DNA of 63,504 bases, filler included, from Octopus bimaculoides (lineage: Eukaryota), in NCBI RefSeq assembly GCF_001194135.2. It is 7 parts of 5 records of this genome, joined end to end, with 100 filler letters (N's around TTAATTAATTAA, not from the genome) between each part and the next. Parts side by side here need not be neighbours in the genome. Positions count along the whole stretch, not along the records: positions 11,865 to 15,488 come from NC_068985.1; positions 15,589 to 25,646 come from NC_068982.1; 5 more parts are not named here. One strand, 5' to 3'. Of the stretch, positions 12,028 through 25,746 are shown in pieces. Every line of letters starts with the position of its first letter. Position 1 is the first letter of the stretch. The translations under genes were made by a program, and so were the position numbers. The notes beneath the pieces are model-generated. The model saw only the letters and a list, made by a program, of their open reading frames with translations. It ran no database searches and had not been told where the DNA came from.

Positions 12028-15000
12028 CAGTGTTCGCCTGCGTGTTCGAGCGTGTGTCCGTTAGTGCGTGTGTGCATGTATATACACATATATTTGTCTC
12101 TAAATGCGTAAAGGCAAGCATCGATACACAATCACACACTAACTCTCTTTCTCTCTCTCTCTCACACAAACATTAAATAATTAAACATTTTTTCTTGGAT
12201 AAGATCTTAAACATGAGAATTATTAACTTTAAAACGGTTAAGTTTATATTTAGGAAAATCGTATTTGATTACTGAGAAAAATAATCATTAGCCTTAATCC
12301 TAATGAAATAAAATTGCATTTTACAGGAACGTTCATGCTAAATTTATTTAATTTAGCGTATTAACTAAATTACAATTAATTATCGAATACTAGTCATTTT
12401 TGTACACAACATATCACATGTTATAAATAAATATAATTTTGCAAATCTGCAACTTATAAACGTCATCGCTGATAACTTGAATGCATCTTGTGTTCAATTT
12501 TAGAACATCACTTTGGTATGAGCTCTCATATCAGTGTGTAATTAGAAGATATTACTAATTTAAGAATATGGTTTAATGACAGTTTTTAAGCGTAAGCGAT
12601 ATTTCCTATAAATAAAATATTGATTTGTCAAGTAGACAAACTTTCTGATATATTTTAGATAATCAACTCTTATCCAGGGTTATTGTTACTCTGATGCATT
12701 AGCTTCAATGTGTAATGAGAACTGAACTGATGCCTACTTCATATAATGTCTCGATTAAATTTGATCACCTTTCTATATATGTAATATAGTTGTTATATAT
12801 CCTTGTTGTATCTGTGTCTAGAGAGAAGGCGCAGAGCCCATGTTTTCAAGATCTCCGATATCGGGAATAGTGTGGGCTTAATGCTCCTAATTTCCAGTTT
12901 AGGCACTTATGCCTGAAAATCATGATTAATTTGAAGACTGTAGGGATCTCATGTCCTGGAAAGTAAGAGTGGTGCATATTGATTAGTGTGTAAGACCAGA
13001 AGGCTGGATGTAACAGTGTGACAGGGATTGAATGATGAGTGATTCAACCAACTCCAAAAAGCAGAAACGTTATAGTAGCAATTGTAAATTGGAAAGAGAA
13101 AGCAACATACATGTGAACTAGAGGTTGAGCGTTTTCAGTTAGGGTTGGATAACAAACAGTCCATTGATATTTAATCACTACATCCTGGATGACATTCTTT
13201 CTCTAATGCGATCCAGAAAGTTTGTGTAGATTGCAAGACAATGTGGGAGTAGTATTATAAATTGCACCTTACTAATTCTTGTAAGAATTACTAAGATATT
13301 TGGGTGAGAAATATCTTACTAAAGATACTTAGTAAGGTATTTGAGTGACAAATGCGCTCTGATCCTGCGAATGAACACATGTTTCGATGTTATCCTACCT
13401 ATGCGAAAGATTGCTTTCACCAGTTAAATTCCTCGGTGATAGCGAGACCCAGCACTTGATGCGGCTGTGGTTGTTCCAGCTGAGTACTGTTCGTGTTCAT
13501 ATCGTGTACAGTGCTTTATTCCTTCAGGTGAGTTATGTCTATGCTCATGCTACTAAACATAAATATTCTCTGCTTTTCACTGTTCGAAATGTGGCTGATA
13601 AAGAGCGGAAATCGACATTCGCACGTGAGTCTTCCACGTAATGAAAAGTGGGTCAATATTTATAGAGTATCTGCGTCTTTAAATACGTATGTTTGCAACC
13701 CTATACTATCTCCATTCTGTTATATCCCTCGTGTCTCTTACAATGAAATAATAGCTCTCAGTCTGCTGAAACAAATTCGTGTGGTAGAAAAAGCTACTTA
13801 ATACTGAGGTCACCGTCAGCCATACAATTTGATCCAATATTACTTTCTTTCGCCCATTCTCCCTTGCATTCCTAAATACTAAGCCTGTAGAAACGTTGAA
13901 ATGACAGGCGGCTTGCTGGCGGAAATTTCAGTTCTGGCCTTGTCCAAACTGCTCGAAGTTTTATCACAACCTCGTTTTCCCAGACAGAGAAACAGGAAAG
14001 AGAGATTCAGTGATAATGAGAGAGAAAGAGAAAGAAACAGTTGCAATTACCTCAATACAGATCTGGTACTTTATTTTTCGACTCTATAAAGAAGAAAAAA
14101 GGATAAGACAACGTCAGAATTTTTTAACACGGAGCCAGAAGTTAAGGAGCAGATGATGGTATCGCACTCTAACAAATCAGTCAATTTACAGTCAACACAG
14201 AAAGTTATCAGAGAGTTAATGTTGTAAATCATAATATTTCTATCTACTGTCATGTTAAATAAAAATATCTGTTGCTGTCACAAATATAGTTTAATAATGG
14301 ATATACAAAATCGAATTCTGAGGCGATCAAAATGTATTTTGGTATGGTAATTTAACCATCAGTTAGATTTTGAGTTGTATTAGACAGAACTTAACAACGG
14401 CTCCTTGATAAATACTCGCTTGACTGGAGATTGATTGATCTAACATGAGGCAGCTTGTTTACATACATGATATAATCATGTTCATTGATTGAAGATTTAG
14501 CACAGCGAAATGTAGCAACATATTAATTATGAGATAATTAAATTCTATTTTCTAAGTTTCGCTATATTTTATTTAGGAGAAATGAAATACTTTGACGTTC
14601 AAAACTTTCCAAAAGCGAAGTTGGTTTATAAGAAAAATAGACGCTTTGAGATTTCTAAATTAACTTCCAAAGCGATATAACTGCAATTTAATAGCAATAT
14701 GACCAAGACAATACACCCTTAATTTATTACTCTCATATACTCAACACTTATCAATCGTTGTCCAAAACTTAAATAACATTATAATGTAAAACTTTCATTA
14801 CATATTTGCAACATTTTTCGGTGCCTGAATTGCAGTAAAATTCTATAACCGCAATGAATTTTTTTTATATAGAAACATATTTATCAATACACATACTCAT
14901 TATTAGAAAAAAATGGTAACTATTAATTAAACCACGCCATCAACTATAATATATTGAATTTCACATTTTGTCTGTTAGCACCTTTTAAGTAGATTTTCTT

Positions 15001-15410
15001 TTAATATTTGTTTATTTCATACAATAAATATACATGAAAATACCTGTGTAAATACGTATAAAATATATTATTTCTAAGTGATTAATTTATAATTTCATTC
15101 CAATAATTGTATTACATTGAATGTAACTATGGAAACCTGAAAGTATTTGTCAAGTGGGTTTCCTGAAACTTAACATCATCTTCAATGACTTAATAAATAA
15201 TTCTAGCTCCTTCATTAAAATCAAAGAAGAAACGTCAAGTCATAATTTCGTCAAATAAATCATCAAGTGTGATTAAAGTTTCTAGTAGTTCAACTAATTA
15301 CTTTTCTGAAGTAGTTGTAGAATACAAAATCAAATATCTAAGGATTGGTTTACCTAAATTTTACTTAGTACAATGGGCAAGTTCTTTACGTATATATACT
15401 TGTATTTTTG

Positions 15411-15488
<78 letters not shown>

Positions 15489-15588
15489 NNNNNNNNNNNN
15501 NNNNNNNNNNNNNNNNNNNNNNNNNNNNNNNNTTAATTAATTAANNNNNNNNNNNNNNNNNNNNNNNNNNNNNNNNNNNNNNNNNNNN
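15489..15588. other. Artificial scaffold join with TTAATTAATTAA (15533-15544)
   Basis: Same cassette as 3942. Confidence 0.95.
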
Positions 15589-16200
15589 TGTATGCATGTA
15601 CGTACTTACATACGTACGTATGTATCTATGTACTTACGTGCCTACTTGCGCATGTATGGATGTACGTACGTACGTATATATGGATGTACGTGCGTACCTA
15701 CGTGCGTATGTATGGATGTACGTACGTATTTACGTACTATGTTTAGATGTACGTACGTATGGATGTACCTACGCACGTACCTACGTACGTACCTACGTAC
15801 GTACCTACGTACGTACCTACGTACGTACCTACGAACGTACCTGGATGTTCGTACGTACCTACGTACGTATTTATGGATATACGTACGTACCTACGTATGT
15901 AATGTATGGATGTACGTACGTACCTACGTACGTATGTATGGATGTACGTACGTTCCTATGTCCGTATGTATGGATGAACGTACGTGCCTACGTACGTATG
16001 TATGGATGTACGTACGTACCGCCGTACGTTTGTATGGATGTACGTACTTCCCTACGTATGTATGTATGGATGTACGTACTTGCCTACGTACGCATGTATG
16101 GATGTACGTACTTGCCTACGTACGTATGTATGGATGTTCGTACGTACCTACGTATGTAATGCATGTATGTACGTACGTACCTATGTACGTACATATGGAT
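15589..16200. repeat. (TACG)/(TATG)-based higher-order satellite, ~32-bp unit tatggatgtacgtacgtacctacgtacgtatg
   Basis: tatggatgtacgta recurs about every 28-36 nt. Confidence 0.85.
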
Positions 16201-18264
16201 GTAGCGAGAGAGAGGAGCGAAAGCCAGAGTGTAGTGAGATAGAGAAAAGAGCAAGAGAGAAAGAAAAGAACGAGAGAGAGAAAAGCGAGAGAGAGAGAGG
16301 GGAGCAAGAGAGAGAGAGGAGCGAGAGTGAGAGAGAGGAGGGGGAGAGTAAGAGAGAGAAGCGAATGAGTGAGAGGAGCGAGAGAGAGAGAGGAGCGAGA
16401 GAGAGAGTGGAGCAAGAAAGAGAGGAGCAAGAGAGAGAGAGGAGTGAGAGAGAGAGAGGAGCGAGAGAGAGAGAGAGGAGCGAAAGAGAGAGTGGAGCAA
16501 GAGAGAGAGAGGAGCGAGAGAGAGAGAGAGAAGCGAGAGAGAGAGAGGAGCAAGAGAGAGAGNNNNNNNNNNNNNNNNNNNNNNNNNNNNNNNNNNNNNN
16601 NNNNNNNNNNNNNNNNNNNNNNNNNNNNNNNNNNNNNNNNNNNNNNNNNNNNNNNNNNNNNNNNNNNNNNNNNNNNNNNNNNNNNNNNNNNNNNNNNNNN
16701 NNNNNNNNNNNNNNNNNNNNNNNNNNNNNNNNNNNNNNNNNNNNNNNNNNNNNNNNNNNNNNNNNNNNNNNNNNNNNNNNNNNNNNNNNNNNNNNNNNNN
16801 NNNNNNNNNNNNNNNNNNNNNNNNNNNNNNNNNNNNNNNNNNNNNNNNNNNNNNNNNNNNNNNNNNNNNNNNNNNNNNNNNNNNNNNNNNNNNNNNNNNN
16901 NNNNNNNNNNNNNNNNNNNNNNNNNNNNNNNNNNNNNNNNNNNNNNNNNNNNNNNNNNNNNNNNNNNNNNNNNNNNNNNNNNNNNNNNNNNNNNNNNGCT
17001 CGTCTCTCTCTCTCACTCCTCTCTCTCTCTCGCTCCTCTCTCTCACTCCTCTCTCTCTCTCGCTCCTCTCTCTCTCGCTCCTCTCTCTCACTCCTTTCTC
17101 TCTCTCGCTCTCTCTCTCTCGCTCTCTCTCTCGCTCCTCTCTCTCTCTCACTCCTCTCACTCTCTCCTCTCTCTCGCTCCTCTCTCTCTCTCGCTCCTCT
17201 CTCTTTCGCTCCTCTCTCTCTCACACTCTCTGTCTCTCACTCTCTCTCCCTCCCTCTCCCACTCTGTCTATCTCTCTGCCTGTCTCTCTCTCTACATGTC
17301 TCTCTCTCCGTCTCTCTCTCTTTGTCTCTCTCTCTGCGTCTCTATCTGTCTCTCTCTATCTCTCACTCTCTCTCTCCATATCGCTCTCTCTGTCTCTCTG
17401 TATCTCTCGCTCTCTCTCGCTCTCTCGCTCTCTCACACTCTTTCTCGCTCGCTCGCTCTATCTTTGTCTCTCTGTCTCTCTGCCTCTTTCTCCCTTCCTC
17501 TCTTTCTCTCTCTCGCTCTATCTCTGTCTCTCTCTCTCTCGCACTATCTCTGTCTGTCTGTATCTCTCTCTCTCTCACTGTATATTTGTCTCTCTCGTGC
17601 GTATGTATGGATGTAGAGAGAGAGAAGAGCGACAGAGAGATAGGAGTGAGAGAGAGAAAAGAGCAAGAGAGAAAAAGGAGCAAGAGAAAGAGAGAGAGGA
17701 GCAAGAGAGAGTGGAGCGAGAGAGAGAGAGGAGCGAGAGAGTGAGAGAGGAGCGAGAGAGTGAGAGAGACGAGTGAGAGAGACGAGTGAGAGAGACGAGC
17801 GAGAGAGTGAGAGAGGAGCGAGAGAGAGAGAGGAGCGAGAGAGGGAGAGAGAAGAGCGAGCACTCACACCTCTCTCTCGCTCCTCTCTGTCTCTTGCTTC
17901 TCTCTCTCTCTCGCTGTTCTCTCTCTCTCGCACCTTTCTCTCTCTCGGTCCTCTCACTGTCCCCCTCGCTCCTCTCTGCCTCTCTCACACCTCTCTCTCT
18001 CCCTCCTCTCTCTCTCTCTTGCACTTTTCTCTCTCTTGCTCCTCTGTCTTGCTCCTCTCTCGCTCCGCTCTCTCTCTCTCACTCTTCTCTCTCTTTCTCT
18101 CGCTCCTCTCTCTCACTCCTCTCTCTCTCTATCACTCTTCTCTCTCTCTTTCATTCCTCTCCCTATCTCGCTCATCTCTATCGCTCCTTTCTCTTTCTCT
18201 CGCACCCCTCTCACTCTCGCTCTTCTCTCTCTCGCTCTTTTCTCCCTCTTGCTCCTCTCTCTTG

Positions 18265-18300
<36 letters not shown>

Positions 18301-18733
18301 NNNNNNNNNNNNNNNNNNNNNNNNNNNNNNNNNNNNNNNNNNNNNNNNNNNNNNNNNNNNNNNNNNNNNNNNNNNNNNNNNNNNNNNNNNNNNNNNNNNN
18401 NNNNNNNNNNNNNNNNNNNNNNNNNNNNNNNNNNNNNNNNNNNNNNNNNNNNNNNNNNNNNNNNNNNNNNNNNNNNNNNNNNNNNNNNNNNNNNNNNNNN
18501 NNNNNNNNNNNNNNNNNNNNNNNNNNNNNNNNNNNNNNNNNNNNNNNNNNNNNCTTCTCTCTTACTCCTTTTTCTCTCGCTTTTCTCTCTCTCTTGCTTC
18601 TGTCTCTCGCTCTTCTATTTCTCTCGTTCCTCTCTCTCTCTCGGACTTTTGTCTCTCTCACTCTCACTCTCCCCCTCTTTCACTCGAGAAAGACAGAGAC
18701 AGAGACACAGAGATACAGCGAGAGAGAAAGAGG

Positions 18734-18779
<46 letters not shown>

Positions 18780-19460
18780 TAGAGAAAGATATATAGAAAG
18801 AGAGAGAGATAGAGCGGAAGGGATAGAGCGAGAGAGGGGGAGAGAGAAAGGAGCAAGGGAGGGAGAAGAGCGATAGAGAGAGAGAGAGACAGAGAGAGAA
18901 GTCAGAGAGAGGGAGGTGCGATAGAGAGAGTGAGATGAGCAAGAGAGAGGGGAGCGAGAGAGAGAGAGAGAGAGAGCGGAACGAGAGAGAGAGAGCGGAA
19001 CGAGAGAGAGAGAGAGAGAGAGAGAGCGGAACGAGAGAGAGAGAGAGAGAGGAGCTCCTCTCTCTCTCTTGCTCCTCACTCTCTCCCCACGCTCCTCTCT
19101 TTCTCCCTCGCTCCTCTCTCTCTCGCTCCGCTCTCTCTCTCGCTCGTCTCTCTCTCGCTCTGCTCTTTCTCTCTCTCGCTCTTCTCTCTCTCTCGCTCCT
19201 GTCTCTCTCACGCTCCTCTCTCTGTCGCTCCTCTCTCTCTCTCTCTCGCTTCTCTCTCTCATTCTTCTTTCTCTCGGTCCCCTCTCTCTCTCTAGCTCCT
19301 CTCTCTCTCTCTCTCTCTCTCCCTTTTCTCTTTCTCGCTCTTCTCTCTCTCGCTCCTATCTCTCTCGCTCCTCTCACTCTCTCGCTCCTCTCACTCTCTC
19401 GCTCCTCTCTCTCTTGCTCCTCTCTCTCTCACTCTCCTCTCTCTCTTGCTCCTCCCCTCC
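16201..19460. repeat. Alternating (GA)n and (CT)n blocks punctuated by GGAGC/GCTCC, with two N gaps
   Basis: Purine-rich 16201-16562, ~17612-17860, ~18686-19050; pyrimidine-rich 16999-17596, ~17861-18660, ~19051-19460. Confidence 0.9.
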
Positions 19461-22400
19461 CTACCTCATGATCACTGCCCAGTTCAGGCGTTGTTGTCCT
19501 CTTTGGGCCGGCCGCCTTTGAGGTCGTTCGCATCTGCTCTGTCCTGCCACCCGGTCTGTTATGACTTTTCCATTTTCCTTTTCCTTGTGCTAACTTACTG
19601 CACTCGTCTGATAGTCGAAATACCTTGTTTGTTTTCTTTTATTGTTGTTGTAATTGTATAATAATTCTTCTTCTGTTGTATAGCTTAAAGGCGTTTGTCC
19701 ATTCTATAATTCTATTTTGTATGTTAAATTCGTTCCGATAGGCGAAAGATCCTGTCTGTTGTTTACTTATTTTTTCATGTATACGTACATCTGTTTGCCT
19801 TACCCAGAGGCTTAATGCTTTTAGCTTAAGTCCCTGGCCACGCCGGTTTTGAGTAGTATCGGAGATAAGCGGGCGAAACTACGTAGACATTCCAGACTTC
19901 GACTGAAGAGTTAATTGGCTGCGAATGATCCTTCTATCCTGTTTTGTCCTGTTTGCCGTTGTTACACTATCGTCCTTTTTTGATTTGAAGAAGATTTGGC
20001 TGCTATTTCTAGGAAATGAAGCACTTGGTGGAGGTGCATTAATAATTCTGCCAGCTCCAATAACAAGTGCAGGCAATATTCAAGTATTTTGATGGCTTTT
20101 CCCCCTTATTAGCTATTACTCAATCAACTGAAACAAATAGAATAGTGTNNNNNNNNNNCAAAATACTTGAATATTGCCTGCACTTGTTATTGGAGCTGGC
20201 AGAATTATTAATGCACCTCCACCAAGTGCTTCATTTCCTAGAAATAGCAGCCAAATCTTCTTCAAATCAAACTCTACCATCATTTAGAAAATGTGTTACT
20301 GAGTACTAGCGAAAAATTGTTACAAACACAGATACGCACAGCGTAATTTATTATATAAACAATATATGCGTATAAATTACCATTTTTCTGTAATTTTGTC
20401 TGCTTCAAAAGAAAACAAACCAAAAAACCGGATGAAATATGTCAACAAGTAACTGTATTCAACTGAATAGACGTCAGTGATTCGTTGAAATTATCGAAAT
20501 AAGACAATTTTTAACATGAAATAACTTCGAATACAAAGATTTTTATCTGTTCTATATCACAAAATATACAAGTATACGAAGTTTGAAAGTGTTTCGGTAC
20601 CAAAAACACTACATAAAACATAAATGAAAAATGTTGCCCGTCAAACCAAAAAGATCCCATACCTCCATTTTTTTGTTTACTTTTGTCAGTTAGTATACCT
20701 ATATACCATGTTTCCAAACTTAAAAACACTGTTCTTTATTCGTTGGTTCACCAGCAAATTACTGTTGTACTCTGTGTAAGACCTGCCTAGCTCATATTAA
20801 ACTTATTAAAAGCACGCAGAACAGCGAAAATCAAAACAATGATGTGTATATTTATTCTTCACGCGTTCTGGCAGCCTTGAACGTGAACATTGAGCTATTG
20901 GGCTATTTCATTACCACAACTAAGAGTTTTCAGCAGCAAAGGGGTAGGTAATCATCTCAAAATCGAAACACTACTTACATCTAATAAAACGATTTATGGG
21001 AATAGAAAGTGATTGGTGACTTGGCATTCAAATACAATCGATAGTATATGTAGATACCAGTGGTTGTATGGTGAAAGTTAGGTAAAAATCAAAATTTGAA
21101 TTCTGTTCATGATAAGCAAGGGGAAATATATTTATCCGATGTAAATTTCTTAGCAGCACAAACCACATTTTTTAGCTACTTACTAAAACACCCACCCATC
21201 AGCTGTTCAGTTCTTGTGTTCCTCATGACAGTGTTCCAGTTACCGTTTCCCTCAAGTAAAATAGTAATTTGAAAACCGGGCGTAGTGGTTGCGTCGGACA
21301 AAAATACAGTAATTTGGCCGCGTCTACTTATATACAAATTCCACCGATTTCAACTTTTTCTTTCATCTTTCCGTGGTTGGTAGAATAAGCCCTGATCAAA
21401 AAATGACTGATCTTCCTTCCTCCAAAATGTGTGTCGTACAACCTAATCTAAAAATCATTATTTTCACGACATAAAAAAGAAATCGGTAAATAAAATAAAA
21501 TATAGTTATAAAGGAAGAAGGAAAATACATAGAACACAAAAGACGATAAGAAAGGGAAGTGAACATATGCGTTACCGTAATTAATTTAAATTCTTTGTAT
21601 AGGCTATAATGGTCTTGTAATTACAAAGTAACGGTTGGGTTGTTCTTCATAGACTGACATGCTATCAACCAAATAACACGCAACGTTTTTCAATTGTCAC
21701 AACATCTTCAGTTGATTAAAACGTCATAATTTTCCTGTCGCAGGCAACTAGAAAGGATTTCTAATTCTTTGTAACAACAGACTTCAAGCACAACCTCCTC
21801 TTTTCAGCTTCTTTATTCTGACCCTAATTCTACAAAATTAAAAATTCTTCAAGCACTTGTCGTCTCTTCAATTCTCTTCTTTGCCTGATTGCGCCAAAAT
21901 GCCTGCCTAATCTCTGTAAGAATACATTATATACCTACCGTACATGATGTATAAAGTCGTTAACCCAAATTAAATTAAGCGTATCATCAAATATACACAT
22001 CTCCAGAAACTCAGTTTAAATGTATCCACAATTAAATTTGTGGGCCAGAGGAGGAGAATGTTGTTTTTCCCTTAAACTTTCGGCCTCTATACAAGACTGG
22101 TTAAAATGATGAAGCTGATATCTTGCTTGAATATTAAACGAATGATGAAATACTCACGTCTCTCGAAATATCCCAATTCACTCAGTTTAAGTGCATCCAC
22201 AAACTAAAATGACTGAATATAGTAAAGCTTTCTCGATTAAAGAACTTATGAGTTTGTATCATGTTACTGATATTCACTTTTAACCTATCATTGTTCATGC
22301 GTTATGTTGACAAGTTCCATACCCACTTAGCTCTCAACAGATACCGAACATAATATAATACACGACTCGAGGTAAGCAGTTTAAATTTCTCTGGGGTAAA

Positions 22401-23112
22401 TGAAACAAAACCGTTGTACCGGCTTCCTATCCAGTAACAGACTTATCTCTCTTCCACTTTACAGAAACAGGTGGAAAGGCAAATGTTCATAATTTACATT
22501 GTAGCATTGGCACGAATTGGCAGTAATTTTTTCAAAATAGGTTATCAGGTGGTCTACTGAAGCTGCCGTTTAATATTTTCGCAACCGGAGCAACTTTTTT
22601 CATAAGAGTATTTATGCATTTAAGTATGTCATCAGTTTTAGCGTAAGTGATAAATATTTCGAACATAGATTTACTGAAAATCTTTTCATGTGTCTCTTTA
22701 AAGATACTACATAGTTTAAAGATGGTTCATTAGTATATCTTAGTGAGTCACTTTACAATATTAATGTTGAAGACTCGTACAGATATTGAAAATATAAACC
22801 GTAAATTAAAAACTCAAAACATTCATTTGCGATAAATATTTTATGACCCAATTTTATCTCTTGCGATAACTGAACTTGCGTGTGTACGCGCACATACCAG
22901 CATAAAGTGGTTTCTACACACGTATTATACTTCCTCGAATGTTAGGCCACCAATAAATTAATTTATTACCCAAACCCGAAAAAGCTTAAAATATGAAGTA
23001 CCGACGATGGACTCATAAATTTACTCGAGTGTTACTTTGTGGCAATCTCGCATTGATGCAATAATTTCTTCTTATTATTATCATTATTGTTAATATTTTT
23101 ATTATCATTATT

Positions 23113-23335
23113 AAGGTGGAAAGCAGGCAGAATCGTTAGCACGACGGGCAAAAATGCTTAGCGACATTTTGTCCGTCTTTGCGTTCTGAGTTCAAATTCC
23201 GCAGAAGTCGTTTTTACCTTTTATCCTTTCGGGGTCGATAAATTAAGTACCAATCAAGTACTGGGGGTCAAAGTGATCGATCATACCCCTCCCCTCAAAT
23301 TCCATGCCTTGTGCCTAAAGTAGAAAGGATTAGTA
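23113..23335 (+). mobile_element. SINE family A
   Basis: ggcagaatcgttagcacgacggg..gagttcaaattccg..gggtcgataaattaagtacc. Confidence 0.85.
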
Positions 23336-24151
23336 ATAGTAGTGGCAGTAATGTTGTTGTTGTTGTCGTTCTTGTTTTGTTTGTTGTTGCTGAGGGTTAT
23401 AAAATACTTTAAAAAAAAATTTTTTTTTTGTTTTTTACATACATGCACATAAGTGTTGATTCGGGGGAAAAATCCTCTATATTTGTCCATTTGGCTAAAA
23501 AAAACAGCAGGAACAATTTGACTATGCTTCGTTACAATAGTTCTAATGTGAGCGAAACAAATCTTTATTGTACTTATTTAAGCACTTATTACTTAAAATT
23601 TGGGGTTTATCTCCCTTGCCTTTTGTTTTTGTTTTTTGTTTTTTGTTAGCATCCCATCTTTTTTATCATATATAAAAGCCTGATACATTGTAAAACTGTC
23701 CTAAAGATAAGCAAACGTTCATACAATAAAATGCTTCGTTCGGACTAGCCGAGAAGTCGTCGTAGTTGTCATAATCGATCGTCGTCGTAATCGATCGTCG
23801 TCGCCGACGCCGCTGCTTTCTCTCGTCTGTTGTTGGTGTCACATATTGCTTTGGAGAAGCCAGATCATTACAACACTTGACGCGTTCAATTCTCAAGTTA
23901 CAAGTTAGTTCTTCCTCAAACCGTTGCCTAAATAGCAATTCTTTTATCTCAATATTTTGTCGTCTGCTATTTCTATTTCACCGACGTTTTACTTCCACGC
24001 TAAATTTACAAACAGAACAATAACTAAATGGAGCAGGTCTTAGTTGGTAGTTGGTTGAGTTATTTCTCTTGGGTCTTCTTTTGCTTAGATTATGCTATGA
24101 ACATGATCTACTCTTTATTTATATAAGTCTATGTCTTTTGATCGAATGTGA

Positions 24152-24378
24152 AGGCGCGTGGCTTAGTGGTTAGGTCGTGAGTTCAAATCCCGGCTACGCG
24201 TTGTGTCCTTGAGCAAGACACTTTATTTCACGTTGTTCCAGTCCACTCAGCTTTCCCACACTCTGTGCCACGCTGAATCTCCCTGAGAACTACGTTAAGG
24301 GCACACGTGTCTGTGGAGTACTCATCCACTTGCACGTTAATTTCACGAGCAAGCTGTTCCGTAACCGACGGAGTGCTC
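24152..24378 (+). mobile_element. tRNA-derived SINE (head ggcgcgtggcttagtggttagg) with shared 3' tail
   Basis: A-box TGGCTTAGTGG, B-box GAGTTCAAATCC; tail shared with the 24655 element. Confidence 0.7.
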
Positions 24379-24654
24379 CTTTTTATAAGATTGAATAATT
24401 ATTGTGCGATAGCTTTGGAGCCAAAATCACTTGTCCACGATTGTTATCTCAGCCAGACTATAATCTTATATCGTTCCTTTAATAGCAAGTCACTTTTGGA
24501 GAATTATTGATTCTTGAGATTATCTCCCCTTCTTAAGTGATTTTGGTCTTAAATGCCATTTTGTAATTATGACAATATCCTCTACAAGCGGAAATATGTG
24601 AATAGATCAAGAATTTGCGTCTTATGTTATTTGACATATTAGTATCGGCCTATG

Positions 24655-24985
24655 TTGAACAAGGGTTGCGGTTTCGATTCCCAGACCGGGCGTTGTGAGT
24701 GTTTATTGAGCGAAAACACCTAAAGCTCCACGAGGCTCCGGCAGGGGGTGGGGGTGAACCCTGCTGTACTCTTTAACCACAACTTTCTTCCTGTTTCTGT
24801 TGTGCCTGTGGTTCAAAAGGTCAGCCTTGTCACATTGTGTCACGCTGAATATCCCAGAGAACTACGTTAAGGGTACACGTGTCTGTGGAGTGCTCAGCCA
24901 CTTGCACGTTAATTTCACGAGCAGGCTGTTCCGTTGATCGGACCAACTGGAACCCTCGACGTTGTAAGCGACGGAGTGCCAACAA
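24655..24985 (+). mobile_element. SINE with a different 5' part but the same 3' tail as 24152
   Basis: B-box-like GGTTTCGATTCC; tail cacgctgaat..gagaactacgttaaggg..acggagtgc. Confidence 0.7.
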
Positions 24986-25265
24986 TGTTCAGCAATAATC
25001 ACATTGATTTCACTCAAATTAAAATGTTTTGATGAAACTCATTCAGCACCCTTAATTCGCTATTCATAACAGCAAATAATAAATGTTGATTGCGGGGTGT
25101 GTATGAGCATCGAAGCTGTTACCAGTGTGACTATATTAATAGCCCACGTTCGAGGTTAAGCATATCAATACCTACCAATGAGTGTGGCTGGGCATATATA
25201 TATATATATAGTATATATATATATTTTTATTTATATGTGTGTATGTGTGTGTATGTATATATATA

Positions 25266-25299
<34 letters not shown>

Positions 25300-25646
25300 G
25301 TAAGGAACGACCGTGCGAACTCATAAAAGGAGAAATGGTGACGAATGGAAAAACCGAGGACTCCTTTTCTTTACACGCGTCACACGGTCGAACATACAAA
25401 TATATATCAAATGATGATATACATGATATGTTACGCGACGATAACATAGATGACCAGTAATGAAAGACCACAACCGTATTAGATGAATAACAGATATATT
25501 TATTGTAGCGTTAAAGATGTATGTCTGTGTGAGAGTGTGAATGCGACATATAAGAACATAATCAAAGACAGGCCGTCATACAAAGAAAAGTGTGTATGTG
25601 AGTGATACATGTGTGTATGTGAAATATTACAGCAGAGAAAGAGTCA

Positions 25647-25746
25647 NNNNNNNNNNNNNNNNNNNNNNNNNNNNNNNNNNNNNNNNNNNNTTAATTAATT
25701 AANNNNNNNNNNNNNNNNNNNNNNNNNNNNNNNNNNNNNNNNNNNN
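25647..25746. other. Artificial scaffold join with TTAATTAATTAA (25691-25702)
   Basis: Same cassette as 3942. Confidence 0.95.

Noticed and set aside
13030-13085. ATGATGA..GAAAC..GTA hammerhead-like spacing
   Set aside because: C3 is missing, no credible helix II, and helix I is mismatched.
13387-13641. ORF with a gtgagt donor-like site as a possible exon
   Set aside because: The opposite strand reads HQVLGLAITEEFNW, a LINE RT remnant, which explains the sequence better.
15592-19521. Long ORFs (up to 586 aa) of MYVRT, ER and SL repeats
   Set aside because: Translations of microsatellite DNA read through N gaps; no codon or domain signal.
19925-20092. 55-aa ORF starting with a signal-peptide-like MILLSCFVLFAVVTLSS as a possible GMC first exon
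   Set aside because: No convincing donor, no GMC similarity, and it overlaps the suspect inverted duplication.
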